From positions 1 through 48,321 of the forward strand of contig JALOLC010000015.1 in NCBI GenBank assembly GCA_025456175.1: a DNA stretch of 48,321 nucleotides. The letters run 5' to 3'. The stretch is from Acidobacteriota bacterium (GTDB taxonomy: Bacteria > Acidobacteriota > Aminicenantia > UBA2199). Positions 24,825-34,960 of this stretch are shown piece by piece. The notes beneath the pieces were generated by a model. The model saw nothing but the letters and a program-made list of their open reading frames with translations. It did not search any database and had not been told where the DNA came from. The stretch's first letter is position 1. Each line of letters starts with the position of its first letter. A program made the translations under genes and the position numbers.

Positions 24825-25956
24825 ATGAAAATTCTGGTCATCAACTGCGGCAGTTCTTCGATCAAATTCCAGCTGCTCAACATGGACTCATGCACGGTGC
24901 TGGCCAAGGGCCTGCTGGAGCGCATCGGCATCAAGGGGTCGGTGCTGAACTACTACCAGGGCGAGAAGAAGCACGTCATCGAGCGCGACGTGCCCGACCA
25001 CGAGCAGGGCGTCGACCTGATCGTCCGCTGCCTCACCGACGCCGCCAACGGAGTGATCAAGGACAAGAGCGAGATCTTCGCCATCGGCCATCGCGTGGTG
25101 CATGCCGGCGAGAAATTCAACGGCACCGTGCCCATCACCGACGCCGTGCTCGCCGCCCTCAAGGAGTGCATCCCCCTGGCGCCGCTGCACAACCCGCCCA
25201 ACATCACCGGCATCGAGGCCTGCCAGAAGATCCTGCCCGGCATCCCCATGGCCGGCCCGCGAGCACAAGATCCGCCGCTACGGCTTCCACGGCACATCGC
25301 ACTTCTATGTGGCCAAGCAGGGGGCCAAGGCGCTGAGCCGGAAGCTGGAGGAATTGAAAGTCATCACCTGCCACCTGGGCAACGGCTCCTCGATGGCCGC
25401 CATCCGCAACGGCATCTCCGTGGACACCACCATGGGCTACACGCCGCTGGAGGGGCTGGCCATGGGCACACGCTGCGGCGACATCGACCCGGCCATCCCC
25501 CTGGTCCTGCAGCGCACCCTGGGCCTGAGCCATGAGCAGGTGGATGCCGTGCTGAACCGCAAGAGCGGCATGCTGGGCATCTCCGAGGTCTCCTCCGACA
25601 TGCGCGACATCAACGAGAAGGCGGACGCCGGCCACGCCCAGTCCAAGCTGGCCCTGGAGATCTTCGCCTACCGCATCAAGAAGTACATCGGCGCCTACAT
25701 CGCCGCCATGAACGGGGTCGACCTGATCATTTTCACCGCCGGCATCGGCGAGCGCGGCCGCGAGGAGCGGGCGATGATCCTGGCCGACATGGAATCCCTG
25801 GGCATCGAGTTCGACAGCCAGGCCAACCGGGAAGCGTTCGGCAAGTTCGGCGTCATCTCCACCAAGAAATCCAGGGTCTGCGTCATGGTCGTCCCGACCA
25901 ATGAGGAACTGGAGATCGCCGAGCAGACCCTACAGGTCATCGCCAACGGCGACTAG
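24825..25956 (+). pseudogene. ackA: Acetate kinase with an internal deletion and frameshift
   Basis: The 5' part (VINCGSSSIKF, GHRVVHAGEKF, PLAPLHNP) is in one frame up to about 25255. The 3' part (RRYGFHGTSH, CHLGNGSS, GTRCGDIDP, FTAGIGE, PTNEELEIA) is in the +1 frame. The expected VFDTAFHQT... block between them is absent. Confidence 0.8.
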
Positions 25957-25993
25957 CGGCCCCGCTGCCGCTGGCCATCCTCGTCAATCCAGT

Positions 25994-26022
25994 TTGCCTG
26001 TTTCCGCCCATATTGCTATAAT
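25994..26022 (+). promoter_or_regulatory. Putative promoter of the small-protein/kinase/EBP operon
   Basis: TTGCCT-N17-TATAAT with a TG extension (TGCTATAAT), 41 nt upstream of ATG 26063. Confidence 0.45.
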
Positions 26023-26062
26023 TCATCCACAAGGAGACGCGGCCCGAAAGGCGCGCAGCCAA

Positions 26063-26371
26063 ATGAGGAAAATCGTACTGGCCCTGCTGCTGGCGCTGTT
26101 GCTGCTCGTTCCCCGCACCTTCAAGGCCTCGGAGCTGGAGCAGAACCCCGACGGCGCTGTTTCGCCCCGCTATGACGAGGCCGCCCCGCCGCAGAATCCG
26201 TCCGCCCTGCAGGCCAACGGCTACCCCGAGAGCGATGACGATATCTTCTCCTCCGGCTACGAGCGCGAAATGCTGTCCCGGCGCTTCTTTCAGAAGGCCC
26301 TGCCGCCGCTGAAGCCGAGGGAGAAGATCATCTGGGCATTCAAAACCTCCGGCGCCGGCATCCTGCTATGA
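26063..26371 (+). CDS. Small secreted protein of unknown function, translationally coupled to the sensor kinase
   Basis: Internal ATG with signal peptide MRKIVLALLLALLLLVP. 102 aa, acidic and Pro-rich. Its stop codon overlaps the kinase ATG (ATGA). Confidence 0.5.
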   Translation: MRKIVLALLLALLLLVPRTFKASELEQNPDGAVSPRYDEAAPPQNPSALQANGYPESDDDIFSSGYEREMLSRRFFQKALPPLKPREKIIWAFKTSGAGILL

Positions 26372-29123
26372 TCAAGAAGTATCCCTGGCACTTCATCTTC
26401 GCTTTGCTCATCCTCATCAGCCTGGCCAATATCTTCCAGAAACTGAAGTGGAGCTCGGGCTCCGACCACTTGGCCTGGGAGGTCGCCGAGCACGGGATGG
26501 TCTGCCGGGCGGCCCCGGCCAACAGCCAGATCAAGCCGGGAGACATTCTGCTGGCGGTCAACAAGTACCTGGTGCACAGCCCCATCGACCTGCAACGCGC
26601 CATCCACGGGCGCAACTACTGCCGCTACGAGATCGAGCGCGAAGGCATCCTGAAGAACGTCGGCATCGACATCGACCCCATCTTCACTCCCTTTTCCTAC
26701 TACGTCCTGGTGTTCGTCGGCATTCTGGGCATCCTGCTTACCCTGGGCGTGCTCAACGTCTACGTCAAGCAGACGACCTTGTTCCCGCCGCCGCAGGTTT
26801 TTTTCTCCCTCAGCCTGTTCCTGTCGGGCTTTCTGATCTTTTCGCCCGCGGGCGACTATGGCCCGGCCGACTTCCTGTTCCTGACCCTGGACAGCATCTG
26901 CTTTATTTTTTTCCCGGCCCTGCTGCTGCAATATTCGCTGCAGTATCCGCTGCGCGCCAGGGCCCTCAAGAAGCTCAGCCGCCGCTTCCGCACCCTGCTG
27001 ATCTACATGCCGCCCACGCTCCTGCTGCTCCTTAGCGCCTATTTCATCGGGCAGAACCTCTTCACCCCGGAGCCCGAGGCGCTGGTCACCACCATCCGCC
27101 ATTTCCGCTCCCTGGCCCAGAAATACTTCGCCGTCTACATCGTGCTCTCCTGGGCCGGCATCGCGGCCTCGTCGCTGAACCTGGTCCTGCGCAAGAAACA
27201 GAAGCGCTACCTTGTCCCCTTGGCCGGCATTTCTCTCGGCCTGGCCGCGCTGCTGCTGCTCAACTTTTCCCAGCCGTCTCCGGTCACCGGCGACGGCCTC
27301 GCCGTCTCCTTGAGCCTCTTCTTCCTGCCCTTCCTGCCCCTGAGCCTCGTCTACTTCCTGTCGCCGCGGCGGGTCACCGACGTGGAGAACGTCATCAAGA
27401 AAACCCTGTCCATCTCGTCGCTGTTCATCTTCATCTTCGGCGCCTACCTCTTCCTGGGCCTGAACATCGAGCAGAACAAGCTGCTGGGCATCTTCTGGTC
27501 GCTGGCCGCCGTGCTCATGGCCGGCCTGCTGTTCAAGCCCCTGGAGGGCACCCTGCAGCGTTTCTTCGAAAAGCTGTTCTACCGCGAGACATTCAACTTC
27601 AAGCGCAAGCTCAAGGAGCTGGAGGGCTCGATCAGCGCCCAGCGCGACCTCTCCTCCCTCTCGCAGAACTTCCTGGAGATCATCAGCCGCGGCTTCCAGC
27701 TGCAGGCGGCTTCGCTGCTGATCCACTACAAGAACAACCTCTTCTATTCGCTGCCCGGCCGCAGCCACCTATTCCTGAGCCGCAACTTCCTCGGCGCGCT
27801 GCAGAACCAGGGGCGCCTGGTGTTCCTTTCCGAGCAGGAGTTCGCCACCAAGTTCCCCAGCGACCAGACCGCCATGCCCGCCGTCAAGCTGTTCCAGTTC
27901 CTGCCGCTGCAGATCGGCGCGCGCACGGTGGGCATCGTGGCCATGGGCCGCAAGACCGACCAATCGTACCTGACCGTGGAGGACTGGGAGCTGATGGCCA
28001 GCATCGCCTCGCCGCTGGCCCTGTCGGTGGAGAACGCCTTCCTGTACTCGCGCCTGGAGGAGCAGCTCGCCGAGCTCAACCTGCTGAAGGAGTTCAACGA
28101 GAACATCATCGAGAACATCAACCTCGGGATCATGGTCGTGTCGCGCCCGAACCAGGTGCAGACCTGGAATTCCTTCATGGAGGACCGCTTCGCCATCCCG
28201 CGCGACAACGCCCTGCACAAGAAGGCGGCGCAGGTCCTGGGCGCCGATCTGTGGAACAAGCTTCAGGCCGGCCAGACCGGACCCCACGCCCTGCGCAACG
28301 TCACGGTGACCTTGCGCGAGGCGGAGACGTTCTTCGACGTCTACGTCTCGCCGCTGAAGGACGAGGGGGGAAGCGTCTCCGGCCGCATCTTCGTCTTCGA
28401 GGACGTCACCGAGAAGAACCACATCCAGAACCAGCTGATCACCTCGGAGAAAATGGCCTCGCTGGGCCTGCTGTCGGCCGGAATCGCCCATGAGATCAAC
28501 ACCCCGTTGACCGGCATCTCCTCCTACTGCCAGTTCCTGCTCGACAATCCCGGCGGACCCGAGCACCGCGAACTGATCGCCAAGATGCAGGACCAGGTGC
28601 TGCGCGCCAACAAAATCATCCGCACCCTGCTGGACTTCTCGCGCCAGAAGGGGCAGCAGGCGCTGCCGGTCAACCTGGACAAGGTGCTCGACGAAAGCCT
28701 GGCCCTCATCGAGCACAAGCTGAAGAAGAAGAAGATCGTCATCCGCCGCGAAAGCAAGTTCACCCGCACCTTCCACGGCTTCCCCTCGCGCCTGCAGCAG
28801 CTGTTCATCAACCTGTTCATCAACGCCATCGACGCCATCGACCACGAAGGCTGGATCGCGATCAGCGGCGAGGAGACGGATGAGCAGATCCGCGTGCGCT
28901 TCAAGGACAACGGCCATGGCATCGCGGCAGCGAAGCTGGAGAAGATATTCGACCCCTTCTTCACCACCAAGGAGATCGGCCAGGGAACCGGCCTGGGTTT
29001 GGCCATTGTCTACAACATCGTCAAGGAGCACTACGGCAACATCGAGGTGCAAAGCAAGGTCCAGCGCGGCACCACCTTCCTCATCACCTTCCCGCTGCAA
29101 AGTCCGCTGAGGAGCATGAGCCT

Positions 29124-29127
<4 letters not shown>
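26368..29127 (+). CDS. Multi-pass membrane sensor histidine kinase (N-terminal extracytoplasmic module, ~8 TM, GAF/PAS-like, HisKA, HATPase_c)
   Basis: 919 aa. H-box AHEINTPLTGISSY. ATPase boxes DNGHGI and GTGLGLAIV. A GAF-like segment VGIVAMGRK...LALSVENAFLY. A PDZ-like GDILLAVN segment lies near the N-terminus (weak call). Confidence 0.85.
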
Positions 29128-30472
<1,345 letters not shown>

Positions 30473-30476
<4 letters not shown>

Positions 30477-31210
30477 ATGAAATGAAGCTGATGAAGTTTC
30501 TCCAGGACTGCGGGCTGGCCAGCCGGCGCGATATCCGCCAGTCGATCCACGCCGGCCGCTTCCGGGTCAGTGGCCGAGTCGTCACCGACCCCAATTTCCC
30601 GGTGCGCCCCCAGCGCGACGCCATCCACATGGACGGCAAGCCCCTGCGCCTTGCCCCCCGGCCCAAGAGCTACTTCATCCTCAACAAGCCGACCGGCGTG
30701 GTCTCCACCCTGGCCGACCCCGAGGGACGGCCGACGATCCGCGACTTCATCGCCCGCATCCGCGAGCGGGTTTACCCGGTCGGGCGCCTCGACTTCCACT
30801 CCGACGGGCTCATGCTGCTGACCAACGACGGCGCCCTGGCCGACTTCATCCTGGCGGCGCGCAACGCCGTTCCCAAGACCTACCTGCTGAAGATCAAGGG
30901 GGCCCTGGGCGAAGCGGCGCGCAAGAAGCTGGAGCGGGGCTTCGTCTTGGAGGGCGAGCGGCTGAACCCCTTCGCAATCGAGGAGATGAGCACCACCGGC
31001 AGCGGCAACTCCTGGCTGCGCGTGACCATCACCGAGGGCAAGAAGCACATCCTGCGCAAGGCGTTCCTGTACTCCGGCCACCCGGTAGAGAAGCTGCGCC
31101 GCGTGGCCATCGGCAGCCTCACGCTGGGCAAGCTGCCGCTGGGCCATTGGCGCGAGCTGCGCCCCGACGAGATCGTCCGGTTCAAGCACCAGCATCGCTT
31201 CCCTGGATAG
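30473..31210 (+). CDS. rRNA pseudouridine synthase, RsuA/RluB family (S4 domain + catalytic domain)
   Basis: S4-like N-terminus KFLQDCGLASRRDIRQSIHAGRFRV and catalytic motif GRLDFHSDGLMLLTNDG. ATGA overlap with the EBP gene. Confidence 0.85.
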
Positions 31211-31311
31211 GAGCGGATCCCCGCCCAGTCCGCGGTCCGGCGTTGCCCGCAGACTCTGTCCGGCCGTGGCGGCGTTGATTCAGGGTTGACCCCGCGTTTT
31301 CCCGGCAGCAC

Positions 31312-31340
31312 TTGAATTGCCGCTGCCGCTGTTGTATAAA
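31312..31340 (+). promoter_or_regulatory. Putative sigma-70-type promoter of the tandem paralogs
   Basis: TTGAAT-N17-TATAAA, 72 nt upstream of the GGAGGAG RBS and ATG at 31413. Confidence 0.45.
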
Positions 31341-31412
31341 CAGGCCAGGCTGCGGGCGGGCATCATCGCCCGGCGGATTCATGGGGATGCGGCCCGCCAT
31401 GGAGGAGTTTGC

Positions 31413-32942
31413 ATGTCATTGCGCCAACTGTTCATCGTCTGCATTGCGCTGCCCGTGTTTTCCGTTTGCGGCGCCGGGACCGGCCAGCAGGACGAGGCCA
31501 GCGGCGAGCTTGTCTTCAGGGCCTTTCGCCAGGGGCTGCCCGTCACCGGCCTGAAGGCGGAGGATCTCCGCCTGCGCATCGACGGGCGTGAGCAGCCCGT
31601 CGCCGCCTTGAGCGAAGCGAGTCGGCGCCTCGGCGCCGGGACCGCTCCGCGCCTGGTCGCCCTGCTGGTGAACGTCGCCGACGCCAATCTGGACCTGACG
31701 CCGGGGATCGAGTTCCTGGTGACGAAATTCCTGCGCGCCGGCGACCAACTGCTGTTCTGCTCCAACAATTTTTTCCTGAGCACGCACGTGGTGAGCGACC
31801 TGGCGGCGGAGAAGGCGCGCCTGCAGCAGATCATCAGCCTGGAAAAGAGGAAATTCCAGGCGCTCTACCAGGCCATGCGCTTCCAATTGAGCGACCTGCT
31901 CAACCGCACCGGGCGCATGATCGACGGACAGACCTCCGAGGAGGTCGGCTTCGCGACCCCCGAATGGAACCGCCAGGGGGTCTATCCCGAGGCCATCCGG
32001 CGCAACTTCATCCATATCTTCACCCAGACCGCCCAGTCGTACAAGAAGTTCTTCCTGCAGCTCGACGATGAGAAGATGCGGAGCCTGGCCGCCGCCTGCT
32101 CGGGTTGGCAGCAGGACAAGTTGGTTTTCGTCCTCTACGAATGCCCCGGGTTCTTCGCGCCCGAGCCGACCTCCTACATGGCCAGCTACCTGGCGCCCTC
32201 GGAGATGTTCAAGAAGCTCCACGAGGAGCTGTACGTGGCGCCGGCAAGCCAGGGGGAAACGTACGGCCGGCAGTTCGCCCGGCGCGGCACGACCTGGCAC
32301 AGCCTGCTGTTGACCCCGGAGGACCGCATCCCCCTCGAGGTCAGCTCGGAGACCGTCACCTTGCGCCTCGACCGCCGCCGCATCGCTTCGTTGGGCCAGG
32401 AACTGCTCCCCCAGCTCAGCCGCCAGACCGGCGGCATCGTCAGCGAATCCAGCAACTTCACCGAGTTCTTCACCCTTCTCTCCTCCCGTGAGGAGGCTTT
32501 CTACCGCTTGGACTTTGCGCGGCAGCCGGAAGCCCCGGGCCGGGAGATCCGCCTGGAAACGGCGGCGGCGAGCGAGTTGATCTACGACGACCGGCCCGGC
32601 CCGGCCGCCATGGCCTCGGCAACGGGAGAGCAAGCCGCGCCGCTGCTGCGCATCGCCGGCATGGAGGTCGGCAAGCAAAAGCTGAACGTCATGCTCGACG
32701 GAACGGCGCCTCTGGTCAGCGTCAACATCCAGCTGACCGACAAGCAGGTCAACCAGCACCTCAACCAGAGCAGCGAAATCTTTCTGGGCGGCGCCGGCAA
32801 GAAGCTCGTCTTTTCGCTGCCCAAACTCGGACGGGGCGTGTACGATCTGGTCGTCGAAGCCGTCAACACCGCCGGCGGGGAAAACGACATCGTCGTCAGG
32901 CGCTTGCAGGTGGACAAGTCGGGCTGGAGTTTCGAATTTTGA
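31413..32942 (+). CDS. Secreted VWFA-related-domain-like protein, paralog 1 (function unknown)
   Basis: The start follows GGAGGAG, with signal peptide MSLRQLFIVCIALPVFSVCGAG. N-terminal FRAFRQGLPVTGLKAEDLRLRIDGREQPV, a VWA-like core lacking DxSxS, QTGGIV, and a C-terminal Ig-like GVYDLVVEAVN segment. This resembles TIGR03436-type proteins (from memory). Confidence 0.6.
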   Translation: MSLRQLFIVCIALPVFSVCGAGTGQQDEASGELVFRAFRQGLPVTGLKAEDLRLRIDGREQPVAALSEASRRLGAGTAPRLVALLVNVADANLDLTPGIEFLVTKFLRAGDQLLFCSNNFFLSTHVVSDLAAEKARLQQIISLEKRKFQALYQAMRFQLSDLLNRTGRMIDGQTSEEVGFATPEWNRQGVYPEAIRRNFIHIFTQTAQSYKKFFLQLDDEKMRSLAAACSGWQQDKLVFVLYECPGFFAPEPTSYMASYLAPSEMFKKLHEELYVAPASQGETYGRQFARRGTTWHSLLLTPEDRIPLEVSSETVTLRLDRRRIASLGQELLPQLSRQTGGIVSESSNFTEFFTLLSSREEAFYRLDFARQPEAPGREIRLETAAASELIYDDRPGPAAMASATGEQAAPLLRIAGMEVGKQKLNVMLDGTAPLVSVNIQLTDKQVNQHLNQSSEIFLGGAGKKLVFSLPKLGRGVYDLVVEAVNTAGGENDIVVRRLQVDKSGWSFEF

Positions 32943-33022
32943 TGGGCACTCCTTTTCCTGAAGCCGGCGCTCGGTCCGCGACCCGTCTGTCGACAGCGGG
33001 AAAATCCGTCATGGAGGGTAAC

Positions 33023-34570
33023 ATGATGAAGAATCCAAAAACCGGCGGGCGTTTGTTCCTGATCGGCCTGCTTCTCGGCGGCTCACTCCTCGCCGCCGCC
33101 GACGATACGCTGGAGTTTCGCGCCTGGCGCGACGGCAAACCGCTCTCCGGCCTGCAGGCGCAGGACATGAAGCTGAGTGTCAACGGCAACGAACGCCAGG
33201 TCAGCGGTTTGGCTGAAGTGCGCCACAAGCTGGCCGGCAGCGATGCGGCGCCGCCGCGTCTCGTCACCCTCCTCTTCAACCTCAGCGATTACAAGTTGGA
33301 TCTGGATCCGGCCGTCGATTTCATCTTCGCCAGCGTGCTGCGGCCGAACGACCGGCTGTTGGTGCGCAGCAACAATTTCTCGCTCGCTGACCACGCGGTG
33401 TCGTCGCTGGCAAGCGAGAAGAAGCGCTTGCGGCAGATCCTGGATTTCGAGAAGCGGAAATACAACGTGCTCTACCAGTCCGTGCGCTTCCAGCTCACCG
33501 ACCTGCTCAATTCCACCGCGCGCCTGATGAGCGGGCAGGCCTCCGACGGCGGGTTCGCCGAGCCGGATGCCGGGAACCAGCAGGGGGTGTACCCGGAGGC
33601 CATCCGGCGCAATTTCATCCATGTCATCGTGCAAACGGTCCAGGCCTACAAGAAGTTCTTCCTCAACATGGATGAAAGTCAGCTCCGCCGCCTGGCCGAG
33701 TATCTCCGCTTCCAGGACGTGGAGAAATGGGGGTTTGTCTTTTTTGAGCGCCCCAATTTCTTCATCCCCGAGCCGCAGTCGCTGCTGGCCGGTTACCTCT
33801 CGCCCTCGGAATTGTTCCAAAAAATGCACCAGGAATTCCATGGGACCGACAGCCTGAACGACGCCGGCATCGGCAAGTCCTTCATCGGCAGCGGCACCTG
33901 GTCGACGATGCTGCTGACGCCGACCGATCGCATCCCGCTGGCGGTGGCTTCCGAAAAGGGCACCCTGCGCCTGGACCGCTCCAGGATCGCTTCCGCGGGC
34001 GAGCGCGTTTTCCCGCAGATCAGCCGCAGCACCGGCGGCATCGTCATGGACGGCAACCAGTTCGATGGTTTTTTCGCCAAGGTGGCGGGCAGCGAGGACC
34101 TGTTCTACCGCCTGTCGTTTGCCGCCGATCCCGCGTCGCCGTTCCGCAGCGTGGCCCTGACCGCGACAGTGCCGTGCGAGCTTGTTTATGACGATCAAAG
34201 GCGCCCGGCGCGCCCGGCGCGCCCCGTTGCGACAGGCCCGATGCCCGCGGCGCCGCAAATCGCCGGAGTGGAGGTCAAGGAAAAGGGCGTGCAAATCAAA
34301 ATGAGCGCCCAGCCGGCCCCGGCCTCCGGCAGACAAGCGCCAAGGATATTCATCGGCGTGCAGCTGTTTGACGGCAAGATGAACATGGTGTTCAACAAGA
34401 CCGTTGAAAGCGACGCCGCCGCCATGGAAACGGCCGGCTTGGAAGTCTTGCTGCCGGCGCTGGCCAAGGGGGTCTACGATCTCGTCATCGAGGCGACGGA
34501 TGCGGTCACGCGCAAAAACGATCTGGCCCTCTTCTCACTCACCGTTTCCAAGAAGGGAATGCAATTATAA
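33023..34570 (+). CDS. Secreted VWFA-related-domain-like protein, paralog 2 (function unknown)
   Basis: The start follows GGAGGG, with signal peptide MMKNPKTGGRLFLIGLLLGGSLLAA. It is collinear with paralog 1, sharing runs such as QGVYPEAIRRNFIH, LLTP.DRIPL, TGGIV and GVYDLV. Confidence 0.6.
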   Translation: MMKNPKTGGRLFLIGLLLGGSLLAAADDTLEFRAWRDGKPLSGLQAQDMKLSVNGNERQVSGLAEVRHKLAGSDAAPPRLVTLLFNLSDYKLDLDPAVDFIFASVLRPNDRLLVRSNNFSLADHAVSSLASEKKRLRQILDFEKRKYNVLYQSVRFQLTDLLNSTARLMSGQASDGGFAEPDAGNQQGVYPEAIRRNFIHVIVQTVQAYKKFFLNMDESQLRRLAEYLRFQDVEKWGFVFFERPNFFIPEPQSLLAGYLSPSELFQKMHQEFHGTDSLNDAGIGKSFIGSGTWSTMLLTPTDRIPLAVASEKGTLRLDRSRIASAGERVFPQISRSTGGIVMDGNQFDGFFAKVAGSEDLFYRLSFAADPASPFRSVALTATVPCELVYDDQRRPARPARPVATGPMPAAPQIAGVEVKEKGVQIKMSAQPAPASGRQAPRIFIGVQLFDGKMNMVFNKTVESDAAAMETAGLEVLLPALAKGVYDLVIEATDAVTRKNDLALFSLTVSKKGMQL

Positions 34571-34825
34571 CCATTCCCGGCATGTTTCCCCGCCCCAAGT
34601 CTCCCTGATTTCCATCGCGGCGCGAGGTTGGCTCTGTTTATGCTTGTGAACTGCGGAAAAGCAAAAAACATTGGCGTACAAAATATTGAATTTCGGATTC
34701 AAAAAATTGAAGCCATCGTAAAAAAAGCCGATCCAACGTCCAGGACATGGAATTTCGGCAATCCTCCATGCCCGACTGCAAAGCATTTTCGGAGATATCT
34801 CGTTTTCACGCCGACTCCGGCTTAT

Positions 34826-34841
34826 TGGCATCATTCTTGCA
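34826..34841 (+). promoter_or_regulatory. Candidate sigma-54 (-24/-12) promoter upstream of the OMP gene
   Basis: TGGCATCATTCTTGCA has GG-N10-GC spacing and TTGCA at -12. It lies 120 nt upstream of ATG 34961, inside a 390-bp AT-rich spacer. Confidence 0.6.
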
Positions 34842-34960
34842 TAAAATTAAAAGGGAAACATTAAAATGAGAAAAACAAAATGCAAGGAGGTGATTGTCGA
34901 AAGGAGTGATCTTCGCCGCGTTGGCGGTGGTTTGAAAGAAAAAAAAGGAGGAATGAATCA

